Shown piece after piece: positions 37,876-47,307 of a DNA stretch of 64,000 nt. Numbering within the stretch: position 1 is the stretch's first letter; each line of letters begins with the position of its first letter. The notes under the pieces were generated by a model. That model was not told the DNA's origin. It saw only the letters and a list, made by a program, of their open reading frames with translations, and ran no database searches. Made by a program: the position numbers and the translations under genes. The stretch lies in assembly GCA_041645215.1 (NCBI GenBank), contig JBAZQK010000005.1:23562-87561 (forward strand). The letters run 5' to 3'. The stretch comes from Patescibacteria group bacterium (lineage in GTDB: Bacteria; Patescibacteriota; Patescibacteriia; Veblenbacterales; UBA10138).

Positions 37876-39462
37876 ATGAAACGATTAATTATTTTAATCG
37901 TAATACTTGGTTTAGTTTTTTCTAAACCGGTAATTGGTCAATGGACCAAAGTAACTCAAGGCAATTACATGGGCCTTGAAGACATATCGTTTGCCGATGC
38001 TCAGAACGGCATTGCGGTATCTGACCTTGGTCTGCATTATACAACTGATGGTGGCAAAACCTGGCCTGATTATGCTGATTGGAATATGCTCTGGAAATCA
38101 TACACTTATGTGCATTTTCTAGACAATCAGACTGGTTGGATTTTAGGCTATGACGCGGGTGAGCCAGGATACTTTTTTAAAAGTATTGATGCTGGCAAAA
38201 CCTGGCAACAGGTGCAGAATCCGGTTAATGGGTTGATGTATAAAATGTTCTGGCTTAATTCCAATATTGGTTATGCTTTTGGCGGCACGCGCGGCCTCTT
38301 ATTCCGTGGCGACACTACCGGCACTAATGTTGGCTATATTTGGAAAACAACTAACGCTGGCACCACCTGGACCGCCGCCGCAGTTGGCAAGCCTTATGGC
38401 GGTTTTAACGATATGTGGATGCAGTCAAATGGCAAAGGCATACTGATTGGTCCGTATGTTATGTATTCAACGACTGACTTTGGTAATTCCTGGCAAAAGA
38501 AAAATTTTCTTCTTCAAACTAATGAAATATTAAAGAAAGTTTATTTCTTTAATGAGAATGATGGATTTATTTTTTCTTTTAAGTATAAAAATGGTTCATA
38601 TACCAGGTTATATAAAACCAAAGATGGCGGTGCAACTTGGCAATTATGGTCGGAAATTAGTAAGTTTGATATAGGTTTTATGAGTCCGGTTTGTGTGGTT
38701 AATGTTAATAATATTGTGTTATCAGGTAGTTATAGTAATTCGGTAGACACAGCCAATTATCAAGTCAAGCGTTCTATTGATGGCGGTAAAACTTGGCAAA
38801 CCGAATTAACGAATTTTGATAACAATGATTATATGCAGACCATCAAAAAGTTCGGTAACACCTATTGGGGTGTTGGCGCACAAATTTGGCGCTGCGATAA
38901 TGTACCTCCAATGTTTACTGTCAATATAGGCGATTCAATAGCCTATGTTGATTCGCAATATATCCAAGCCTTACAAGCTGTTGACGTGGAAGGTGACCCC
39001 TTAACGTTTAAATTATTAAACGCTCCCCAATTTCTGTCTGTGGCTGATAGCTATGTAAAAGGAATTCCCCGGTCTACCGATATTGGCAAATATGTCATAA
39101 GAGTTGAGGTGTCAGACGGCAAGGGTGGCAAGGATACATTGTCCTATAACCTGAAAGTTGATTTCGCCACCGGCGTTGAGGATGAATTAAGTATTCCAAC
39201 TGAATTCTCGCTTAGTCAAAACTATCCCAATCCGTTTAACCCCAGCACAACCATTAGTTACAGTATTCCAACTTCCTGCCAAGTTCGTTTAACAGTTTTA
39301 GACATACTTGGCCGAGAAATCGTCACATTGGTTGACGAGCATAAATTCGTTGGCAGTTACAATGTAACTTTCACCGCCAGCAATTTGCCCAGCGGTATCT
39401 ACTTCTACCGCTTAACCGCTGGTACTTTCACAAATACCAAAAAAATGACACTCGTTAAATAA
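37876..39462 (+). CDS. YCF48/BNR beta-propeller + Ig-like + T9SS type A CTD protein (copy 3)
   Basis: IG|QW signal, Asp-boxes, LSQNYPNPFNPST...KKMTLVK. Confidence 0.9.
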   Translation: MKRLIILIVILGLVFSKPVIGQWTKVTQGNYMGLEDISFADAQNGIAVSDLGLHYTTDGGKTWPDYADWNMLWKSYTYVHFLDNQTGWILGYDAGEPGYFFKSIDAGKTWQQVQNPVNGLMYKMFWLNSNIGYAFGGTRGLLFRGDTTGTNVGYIWKTTNAGTTWTAAAVGKPYGGFNDMWMQSNGKGILIGPYVMYSTTDFGNSWQKKNFLLQTNEILKKVYFFNENDGFIFSFKYKNGSYTRLYKTKDGGATWQLWSEISKFDIGFMSPVCVVNVNNIVLSGSYSNSVDTANYQVKRSIDGGKTWQTELTNFDNNDYMQTIKKFGNTYWGVGAQIWRCDNVPPMFTVNIGDSIAYVDSQYIQALQAVDVEGDPLTFKLLNAPQFLSVADSYVKGIPRSTDIGKYVIRVEVSDGKGGKDTLSYNLKVDFATGVEDELSIPTEFSLSQNYPNPFNPSTTISYSIPTSCQVRLTVLDILGREIVTLVDEHKFVGSYNVTFTASNLPSGIYFYRLTAGTFTNTKKMTLVK

Positions 39463-39472
39463 AATTTTCTGG

Positions 39473-39942
39473 TGTCATTCTGAAGCCCTCCTTAAGAGGG
39501 CTGAAGAATCTAATAAAATAATGGTTTAGGTGTTAGAGATGCAGTACTCATAATCAGTATTCGCTCTAACACCTTATTTTTTATCGCGAACTCTTTTTGA
39601 CAAATACTTCCATACCCACGCACCAGCCCGACCAAGTCGGGGCGGTGCGGGACTTCGCTTCCCAGTATCAAAGTATTGGTCGATTTTATAATTATAGATC
39701 CAATATGCCATTGACAAGGGTATATTTTAGAACTATAGTAAAGTGTTAAATCTATAAAAATAGTTCATACTATTAAATAGTCCCGTTGTTGTTTTGAGAA
39801 GTTAGTCATTGTGTAGTTCTTGTCTGTCATTGCGAGGAAGTCGATTCATATCGGCTGACGCGGCAATCTCATTCTTCTTAAACCAATAATAAAGTGTCAT
39901 CCTGCTTGCCCCGCCTTGGCGGAGGAACAAAGTGAAGGATCT
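39473..39942. repeat. Cluster of TGTCAT(T/C)...GAAGAATCT/GCAATCT REP-like repeats
   Basis: Copies at about 39473, 39824 and 39894, with relatives at 33765, 37735 and 41604. Confidence 0.7.
39711..39739 (+). promoter_or_regulatory. Sigma70 promoter
   Basis: TTGACA-17-TATAGT. Confidence 0.65.
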
Positions 39943-39998
39943 AACAAAGTTTTTTAAAAAAGTTAATAATATTATAAACAAACTATAAAGGTGATAAG

Positions 39999-41588
39999 AT
40001 GAAACGATTAATTATTTTAATCGTAATACTTGGTTTAGTTTATTCTGAACCGGTAATTGGTCAATGGACCAAAGTAACTCAAGGCCAGTTTAAGGGCCTT
40101 CAAGATGTATCGTTTGCCGACGCCAACAACGGCACTGCTGTTGCTGACCTTAGTACATACCGCACCACTGATGGCGGCCATACTTGGTCAGTTTATCCAG
40201 ACTGGAATATGATTTGGAAATCATACACCTATGTTCATTTCTTGGATAATCAAGTCGGTTGGATACTAGGCTATGACGCGGGTGAGCCAGGCTACTTTTT
40301 CAAAAGTATTGATGCTGGCAAAACTTGGCAGCAAGTTGCCAATCCGGTTAATGGATTAATGTACAAAATGTTCTGGTTAAATGCCACTGTTGGTTATGCT
40401 TTTGGCGCCACGCGCGGCATCACTTTCCGTGGCGATACTACCGGCACTAATGTCGGCTATGTCTGGAAAACAACTAATGCTGGTACCACCTGGACCGCGG
40501 CCGCAGTCGGTAAGCCTCGTTGGGGTTTTAATGATATGTGGATGCAGCCAAGCGGAAAGGGTATATTAATTGGCGGGTATGTTATGTATTCAACTTCTGA
40601 TTTTGGTAATTCCTGGCAAAAGAAAAATTTCCTTCTTCAACCTAATGAGATATTAAAAAAAATATATTTCTTTAATGAGAAAGATGGATTGATTTTTTCT
40701 TTTAAGGCAGAAAATGATGGTTCATATACTAGGTTATATAAGACAAATAACGGTGGTATAACCTGGCAATTGTGGTCGGAAATTAGTAAGTTTTATATAG
40801 CTTTTATGAGTCCGGTTTGTGTGGTTAATGTTAATAATATTGTACTATCAGGTATTTATTATAACTCAATAGATACATTAGATTATCATATAAAACGTTC
40901 TATTGACGGCGGTAAAACCTGGCAAACTGAATTAAGGAATTTTGATAGCAACGATTATATGCAGACCATCAAAAAGTTCGGTAATACTTATTGGGGTGTT
41001 GGCGCGCAAATTTGGCGGTGCGATAACGTACCTCCAATATTCACCATTAACATTGGCGATTCAATAGCTTATGTTGATTCGCAGTATACTCAAGCTTTAA
41101 AAGCTGTGGATGTAGATGGTGACCAATTAACATTTAGGTTGCTAGGTGCTCCTCAATTTCTGTCTGTGGCTGATAGTTATGTAAAAGGAATTCCCCGGTC
41201 TACTGACATTGGCAAATATGTTATAAAAGTTGAAGTGTCAGACGGCAAGGGTGGAAAAGATACTTTGTCTTACAACCTGAAAGTTGATTTCGCCACAGGT
41301 GTTGAGGACGAATTAAGTATTCCAACTAAGTTCTCCTTAAGCCAAAACTATCCTAATCCATTCAATCCAAGTACAACTATTAGTTATTCAGTTCCAACTT
41401 CCTGCCAAGTTCGTCTAACGGTTTTAGACATACTTGGCCGAGAAATCGTTACACTAGTTAACGAGTATAAAGTTGTTGGCACTTATGAAGTTAATTTCTC
41501 CGCCAACAATTTACCTAGCGGTATCTACATCTACCGCTTAATCGCTGGTCAGTTCTCACAAACCAAAAAAATGACACTCATAAAATAA
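39999..41588 (+). CDS. YCF48/BNR + Ig-like + T9SS type A CTD protein (copy 4, close paralog of copy 3)
   Basis: Nearly collinear with copy 3 over its whole length. Confidence 0.9.
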   Translation: MKRLIILIVILGLVYSEPVIGQWTKVTQGQFKGLQDVSFADANNGTAVADLSTYRTTDGGHTWSVYPDWNMIWKSYTYVHFLDNQVGWILGYDAGEPGYFFKSIDAGKTWQQVANPVNGLMYKMFWLNATVGYAFGATRGITFRGDTTGTNVGYVWKTTNAGTTWTAAAVGKPRWGFNDMWMQPSGKGILIGGYVMYSTSDFGNSWQKKNFLLQPNEILKKIYFFNEKDGLIFSFKAENDGSYTRLYKTNNGGITWQLWSEISKFYIAFMSPVCVVNVNNIVLSGIYYNSIDTLDYHIKRSIDGGKTWQTELRNFDSNDYMQTIKKFGNTYWGVGAQIWRCDNVPPIFTINIGDSIAYVDSQYTQALKAVDVDGDQLTFRLLGAPQFLSVADSYVKGIPRSTDIGKYVIKVEVSDGKGGKDTLSYNLKVDFATGVEDELSIPTKFSLSQNYPNPFNPSTTISYSVPTSCQVRLTVLDILGREIVTLVNEYKVVGTYEVNFSANNLPSGIYIYRLIAGQFSQTKKMTLIK

Positions 41589-41926
41589 ATTATTTTTAAT
41601 AGGTGTCATTCTGACCCCGTCAGACGAGGGAAGAATCTAATAAAATATCAATATATCTTCGAGGAGGTCATTCAGTACTCTATAATCCAGTACTCCGGCC
41701 ACCTCCTTTTAATTTAATTTTAAATCAGCAACTGCTTCAGTGCTTCGCAGCGCTAAAGCAGTTGATAGGTAGGAGATGATAATTATAACTCCAACATTGA
41801 CAGGGTTTAGACGAATCTATAATTGATTCCTCGTCTAAATCCTTTTTAATTTGGCTGTAATAAGCCATTTTTGTTAAATATGCACAATTTGAATTTGCCA
41901 GATTTGTTTTTTTATTATAAATTAAA

Positions 41927-42018
41927 TATGTGCTTGTGGGCGCAAGCCCCGTTCAGCTAAGGATTTCCTAAGCTGAAGGCAAGCACATAACAACACCCCG
42001 CCTACGCGAGGTGTTTTT
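41927..42018 (+). ncRNA. Putative small RNA: three-way junction plus terminator
   Basis: TTGCCA-17-TAAATT promoter at 41895-41923. P1 TATGTGCTTG/CAAGCACATA, P2 GGGC-GCAA-GCCC, P3 TTCAGCT.AGG/CCT.AGCTGAA, terminator ACACC...GGTGTTTTT. No ORF. Confidence 0.6.
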
Positions 42019-42023
42019 ATTGT

Positions 42024-42491
42024 TCATTCATCGGCAATATTGTCAGTATATAGCTTTTGTGGCTCGCCGTGTTTAAGTTTTGAATAAGGCATTACACTCC
42101 AGAAAGTAATATTACCATCGCCAACCCGCCTCAATATGACTCGAATTTTAATTTGTTTTTGTCCGACTATTGCCACCAAAGCCCAATACTGAACTTCTTT
42201 GGTAAGGGATAGCCCGTCTCGTTTAGATTTTTTACCAATAATGATAAGGCTTTTTCGGTATTCTTGTACCGTACCGGATTTTTCTATTACTTTAAAAGCC
42301 AGCGGCAATAAACTGAATTTTAGCAGTTGTTCTTTTTTGTTTCTTTCCCGACGAGCGGAAAATTGTAAATGATGCAAACCGTCGGAATTAAGAATTATAT
42401 TAGTTTCAAAATAAGGATTATAAATACTATTTCGTGATTGAAAGAAGTTTTTAGCAATCGTTTTCTTTTCATTGAAATACGTGATGTCCAT
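42024..42491 (-). CDS. Hypothetical basic protein, possibly a BECR/RelE-like RNase
   Basis: 155 aa, Lys/Arg-rich. GLHHL helix followed by a beta-meander IRVILRRVGDGNITFWSVMP. Fold call is by resemblance only. Confidence 0.6.
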   Translation of the reverse strand: MDITYFNEKKTIAKNFFQSRNSIYNPYFETNIILNSDGLHHLQFSARRERNKKEQLLKFSLLPLAFKVIEKSGTVQEYRKSLIIIGKKSKRDGLSLTKEVQYWALVAIVGQKQIKIRVILRRVGDGNITFWSVMPYSKLKHGEPQKLYTDNIADE

Positions 42492-42590
42492 ATTTTTAGT
42501 TTATCAATTTTATAACAAAATGCAATCTGGCGGCGACCCTGAAGATCTATAATCGATTTCTCGTCTAAACCCTATTTAATTTGGTTGTTA

Positions 42591-43061
42591 TTAATGTTTA
42601 TCAGAAAGGACAGTTAGAGCGTGAGCTATCAAAATCTCAATGACCTTTTTGTCCGAATTATAGCAAGCTATAAAATCATCAACCCGCATAAGACTTCGTT
42701 CAAACGCGTCTTGGCTGGGTATGAAGTCGCTCAATCGGCAATCGCGGGAGGTATAAAACAACATTTGTTTATCATTCCCCTCAAACTGCAGAGTGGCGAA
42801 GGGAATCGCCTGACCATCTATTATAACGCCTGATTCTTCTTTTACCTCTCGCTGTAAGGCCGAGAGTAGGTTAGTATCCCCTGGCTCAACATGTCCGCCT
42901 GGTACATCCCAGCCTCGCTCATTCCGAGTTGCAATAATCTGACCATCTATAAAACCAAGCAAAAATACTGCGCTTACCGATTGTTTTTGAGGCAGGTGGT
43001 TCTCATCAATATACTGGATATGCAATTGGCCCAGTGTAATTTTTTCCAGTGGAGTAATCAT
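42591..43061 (-). CDS. NUDIX hydrolase
   Basis: WDVPGGHVEPGD...ALQREVKEESG. Confidence 0.9.
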   Translation of the reverse strand: MITPLEKITLGQLHIQYIDENHLPQKQSVSAVFLLGFIDGQIIATRNERGWDVPGGHVEPGDTNLLSALQREVKEESGVIIDGQAIPFATLQFEGNDKQMLFYTSRDCRLSDFIPSQDAFERSLMRVDDFIACYNSDKKVIEILIAHALTVLSDKH

Positions 43062-43254
43062 TATTTCTTTCCCATTTGATTTAGTTGATTCAAGTCCTTA
43101 TCTTATTTATCTACGATCAACTGTTATTATATTATCATTTTACTTTTTATTCAAAACCAGTCTTTTTACCCTATAGGTGTTTTTTAATTTAAACGAATTA
43201 GTGCAAATACTTCCATACTTCCCAGTATCAAAGTATTTGTCGATTTTATAATTG

Positions 43255-43785
43255 TCATGATTTATGCTTAAGAATCTCTTTATGCATTTCTGTGGTAATT
43301 GAGTTGCACCAATTATCAGGATTATCGTTTTTGTCAGCCAGGTATTCATCAAAACTAAGCCACCGCGTAGCTTCAATTTCGCCATCTTTAAAATTAAATT
43401 GAGTTGATGCTTGGTTTAAATAAAAAGCCAACATAACAGTTAGGTGTTTGTAATTTTCGCTCCTTTCTTTCCGCCAACAGGCTAGCCGACCATCATTAAG
43501 GTTTAGTCCCAGTTCTTCGTTTATTTCCCTGGCAACATTTTGTTCAAAGTTTTCCCCCTTAGCCACGTGCCCGCCAAAGTAAGTTTGCCATTTATTGGGA
43601 TTACCCTCGTTGTTAGTGGAGCGCTTGGAACAGAGAATTTTTCCATCAGGATTAATTACCCAAATATTGGTAACAGCATGCCAAATTCGGTATGGTTTTT
43701 GGTGTGCCTCGGCGCGGGTATGAGGTTCTACTGGGTTGCCGTTTTCGTCAAAGCAGGCTAGTAGTTCTGACGTATCTTTGGACAT
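43255..43785 (-). CDS. NUDIX hydrolase (IDI/YfcD-like subfamily)
   Basis: R.EAH...WH, GGHVAKGE....VAREINEELG. Confidence 0.88.
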   Translation of the reverse strand: MSKDTSELLACFDENGNPVEPHTRAEAHQKPYRIWHAVTNIWVINPDGKILCSKRSTNNEGNPNKWQTYFGGHVAKGENFEQNVAREINEELGLNLNDGRLACWRKERSENYKHLTVMLAFYLNQASTQFNFKDGEIEATRWLSFDEYLADKNDNPDNWCNSITTEMHKEILKHKS

Positions 43786-44072
43786 GATGTTCTATTAGTA
43801 ATCAGATACTATGAATTATAACATGAAAATTACAAACCCAAATTCTGCGAGATGGTCATACAGTACTCTTATTTAGTACTCCGACCACCTCTTTTTAATT
43901 TACCCTTGGCCTTGATTGTTTTGGTATTTATGCTAAAGTAACATGTTAAGTAAGGCAAAACCATTTTTTAGGAGTATAGTAAAGTTAAATTAAAAAAGAG
44001 TGGTTGAAATGTAATTATAAAGAAATAAATAAAGCTTTTTAAAAATTTGTAAACAATCTCAAGGGGTATGTC

Positions 44073-45710
44073 ATGGAAAATAATAAGAAAACAGTAGTAT
44101 TAGTTACCCCACCGTCGCATACTCACCGTACAGCCGAAGAAAACCTGGGAATTGGCTATTTAGCCTCAAGTTTGAGAGCTAAAGGTTTCCCAGTGGTAAT
44201 TATAGATGCTTGGTTATATAACTATCCAATAAATATTCTAGTGGAGAAAATATTGACGATAAAAAATATTCTTTTTGTCGGCATTTCTTGTTATCGGTCA
44301 TCTTTGGATGACGTTGGAAATGTTATAAAGCAACTTAGACCGCTTGGTTATAATGGTGTTGTTACAGTTGGTGGATTTGGTCCAACTTTTCATGATTCCG
44401 ATTTTCTTTCTGTTGGTGTGGATGTTGTGTTAAAAGGAGAAGCGGAAGATTCAATAGTTGAATTAGCTAACTTATTAAATAATCGCAATTATCAAAAAAA
44501 CAACTTATCTAAAATATCTGGAGCATCTTGGTTAGGCCAAGCTGGACAAATCAACCGCACTAATCCCATTAAGGCTGATCATTTAGATTCCTTGTTCTTT
44601 CCAGCGAGAGATACTATGGCAATGAATTTACAAATGAAAAATCCAGCTCATCTTGTTACCAGCCGTGGTTGCACTTCTAATTGCTTGTTTTGTTCCATAA
44701 TCTCGTTTGAGAGACTGACAAAAAATAGGGTTACCTGGCGACAGCGCAGTATAGGCAACATAATTGAAGAGATAAAATATCTTTTTAACGAATATGGCAT
44801 ATCTACCTTTAAAATCGTGGACGATAGCTTTATAGAAGAAGGTAGAGATGTGGTTTGGACGGAAACTTTCCTTAATGAGTTGCGCAAAAATAACCTTAAA
44901 ATTCGATTCCGCACTCAGGTAAAAGCGAACGTTCTAACCAGTGAGTTAGTTGTTTGCTTAAAAGAAGCCGGTTGGTTTTCGACCAGTGTCGGTATTGAAA
45001 ATTTTGCTGAGACGGCCTTGCGTCGGATGAATAAGTCTTCTAGTCTTGAGCAAAATTTAAACGCCTTGGCTATGCTAGAAGAAAACGGTATTTACGTAGT
45101 CATGAATCTGATCCTTTTTGATCACAGCACGACTTGGTCCGAGTTAAAAGAAAATCTCTTTTACTTAAACAAGTTTAGCTGGCCGGTCATTAAGGGTTTA
45201 TTTACGGAAATGTACGCAGCCGAAGGTACGGCTTATTCCAGATTGTTGAAAAAAAGGGGCGAGCTGCTACCCAATAGTAATTTCATGAATAGGCAGTATA
45301 ATTTAGTCAATCATGATGTGGGGGTGATTTATACTTGTTTAAAGAAATGGCATAAGTCCCATTCAGCCGTATATGATCACGCTATAAACGTAATTGCCGC
45401 GCCTAAAAACTTGCCAGATTATGGTTATCAGAAGTATTTCAGGGTTTATCGACCGCTTTATGATTTGGATTTGCAGTTTTTTGCCAAGTTAATTAGTTTA
45501 CTAGAACAGTCTGCTCATAAACAACTGCCGCAAGCCCTGGAGTTTACTAATAACTTTATAACAAATACAAAACAAATTTTCGCCACAGTGGAAGGGGAAG
45601 TAACAGATTTAGATTTAGACTTTGGTATTTCTTACCAAGCCGAGTCTAATCCTTTTTTACACATCCCAGGAGATAGAAATGGAAAATCTCATAGAAAAAA
45701 TACCTCCTAA
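44073..45710 (+). CDS. B12-binding (class B) radical SAM protein
   Basis: ENLGIGYLAS, GGFGPT, KGEAE, SRGCTSNCLFC, IVDDSF, VGIEN. Confidence 0.9.
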   Translation: MENNKKTVVLVTPPSHTHRTAEENLGIGYLASSLRAKGFPVVIIDAWLYNYPINILVEKILTIKNILFVGISCYRSSLDDVGNVIKQLRPLGYNGVVTVGGFGPTFHDSDFLSVGVDVVLKGEAEDSIVELANLLNNRNYQKNNLSKISGASWLGQAGQINRTNPIKADHLDSLFFPARDTMAMNLQMKNPAHLVTSRGCTSNCLFCSIISFERLTKNRVTWRQRSIGNIIEEIKYLFNEYGISTFKIVDDSFIEEGRDVVWTETFLNELRKNNLKIRFRTQVKANVLTSELVVCLKEAGWFSTSVGIENFAETALRRMNKSSSLEQNLNALAMLEENGIYVVMNLILFDHSTTWSELKENLFYLNKFSWPVIKGLFTEMYAAEGTAYSRLLKKRGELLPNSNFMNRQYNLVNHDVGVIYTCLKKWHKSHSAVYDHAINVIAAPKNLPDYGYQKYFRVYRPLYDLDLQFFAKLISLLEQSAHKQLPQALEFTNNFITNTKQIFATVEGEVTDLDLDFGISYQAESNPFLHIPGDRNGKSHRKNTS

Positions 45711-46833
45711 TGAGAAATTAAGCATAGAAAATATCGGCTGGACATTAGGTAACGATTGTCCTTATAGATGCAATCAATGTTACAGTCTTACTGCCAGGTT
45801 AAAAGGTAAAGACTTGGAAAGCAAACACGTTGATAGAATAGTTGACCAATTAAGCATAAACAAGATAAAGACAGTTAATTTAGGTGGCAATGAGCCAATA
45901 TTCACTAACGGTTTGGATGTTAAAAAGACTAAATTGCCTTATATTATTAAGTCTTTAGTAGATAAGAACATCTTGGTCGGCTTAACCACGGCTGGTGTGA
46001 CACTTCAACACCTGATCAGGTATTATGGCGACTACTTTTTACTGCTTAATGATGTTGATGTAAGTATTGATAGTCCTTTTAAATGGGAACATGATAAAAA
46101 CAGGGGAGCTCAGTTGTTTGATTCGGCTATATGGGTCGCCAATATGTGTCAGGCTCAGGGGATTGAGCACACTTTGGTAATGTGCGGTATGAATTGGAAT
46201 CTCTCAGAAAGTCATTTGCAAGGCTTGATAAATTTAGCCAAAGCAACGGGTAGTAACTTGAGAATAAACTACTTGAAACCGATTGAAGAAAAACATTTGG
46301 ATATTTTTCCAAGTGCGCGACAATATTATGAATCGGCACAATACTTGATTGACAGATGTAGTATAGTTGATTTGGGTGAGCCATTACTGTCCTCGGTTTA
46401 TTCTGATTTGGAAAAAGGGTGTCCTTGCGGTACGAAATCTTTTAGAATTCATTCCATCACCCCTGATGGCAAGGTGCCGGTTAGCCCCTGCGTTTATATG
46501 CACGATTATCGGTATGGGGACTTACTTAAAGACGATTTGATAGATATCATCAACTCAAATCAATTTAAAGCCTTTCGTCAAAGACGAAGTAACCCAGCAA
46601 ACATTCCAGGATGTAATTGCTGTGAACACTTAAATAGTTGTCGTGGTGGTTGCGCTGCCCGTTCCAGTTTATTTCATAAAAATAAAAATATATTAGAAGT
46701 GAAAGATCCTTATTGTTTAAAGGATTATACTGAAACAATTGTGGGTTCGTCACTTATTTCTGATGTTAATTTTGGGCAAAAATCATTGGTACATAGAGAT
46801 TATTTGTGTACCCTTATCTTATCGCCTAAGTGA
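45679..46833 (+). CDS. Radical SAM/SPASM-domain protein
   Basis: CPYRCNQC, GGNEP, CPCG...PC, C..C.....CRGGC. AGGAG RBS, ATG overlapping the upstream gene end. Confidence 0.9.
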   Translation: MENLIEKIPPNEKLSIENIGWTLGNDCPYRCNQCYSLTARLKGKDLESKHVDRIVDQLSINKIKTVNLGGNEPIFTNGLDVKKTKLPYIIKSLVDKNILVGLTTAGVTLQHLIRYYGDYFLLLNDVDVSIDSPFKWEHDKNRGAQLFDSAIWVANMCQAQGIEHTLVMCGMNWNLSESHLQGLINLAKATGSNLRINYLKPIEEKHLDIFPSARQYYESAQYLIDRCSIVDLGEPLLSSVYSDLEKGCPCGTKSFRIHSITPDGKVPVSPCVYMHDYRYGDLLKDDLIDIINSNQFKAFRQRRSNPANIPGCNCCEHLNSCRGGCAARSSLFHKNKNILEVKDPYCLKDYTETIVGSSLISDVNFGQKSLVHRDYLCTLILSPK

Positions 46834-46899
46834 TAAAACAATGTTATAATTAAATGAGGAAGTTTAAGGCTTCCTCATTATTATTTTCTCATTAAATTT

Positions 46900-47244
46900 A
46901 TGGTAACCCAGGCCAAAAATTTTCTTAATAAAATTGTTAAAGTGAAGATTGATAGGCCATTAGGTGCCAAGCACCCTAAACATGATTTTATTTATGAAGT
47001 TAATTACGGGTTTGTGCCGGGTACTTTGAGTTCTGACCAAAAAGAATTGGATGCTTATGTTTTAGGAGTGGATGGGCCATTGGAAGATTTTGAGGGTAGA
47101 TGTATAGCAGTTATTCATCGTACCAACGATGATGATGATAAATTGGTAGTTATAGCGCCAAATTCTCCAAATATGTCAGACGAAGAAATAATGAAAAGGG
47201 TGAATTTTCAAGAGCAGTTTTTTAAGTCTCATATTATTAGGTAA
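46900..47244 (+). CDS. Short inorganic pyrophosphatase-like protein
   Basis: IDRPLG..HP, Y.VNYGF, D..ELDAYVLG, DDDDKLVV. Confidence 0.85.
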   Translation: MVTQAKNFLNKIVKVKIDRPLGAKHPKHDFIYEVNYGFVPGTLSSDQKELDAYVLGVDGPLEDFEGRCIAVIHRTNDDDDKLVVIAPNSPNMSDEEIMKRVNFQEQFFKSHIIR

Positions 47245-47307
47245 TTGTTCTTTGTAATAAAAATAAATGGCCTCCATTAAATGGCGGCCATTTTATTAAA
47301 TATGATT

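Noticed and set aside
35531-39573. Integron attC sites (GTTRRRY-like ends in the hairpins)
   Set aside because: The order is GTT...AAC rather than RYYYAAC...GTTRRRY on either strand, T-runs follow, and no intI is present.
33858-41588. Diversity-generating retroelement acting on the paralogs
   Set aside because: No reverse transcriptase is present and the differences between copies do not appear adenine-specific.
41797-41824. Consensus promoter TTGACA...TATAAT
   Set aside because: The spacer is only about 15 bp and the sequence lies within a terminator-like hairpin.
45679-46833. Prokaryotic viperin
   Set aside because: It has a SPASM domain and lacks the viperin-type N.H....CNY.C.FCF context. 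Only the kinase linkage is analogous.
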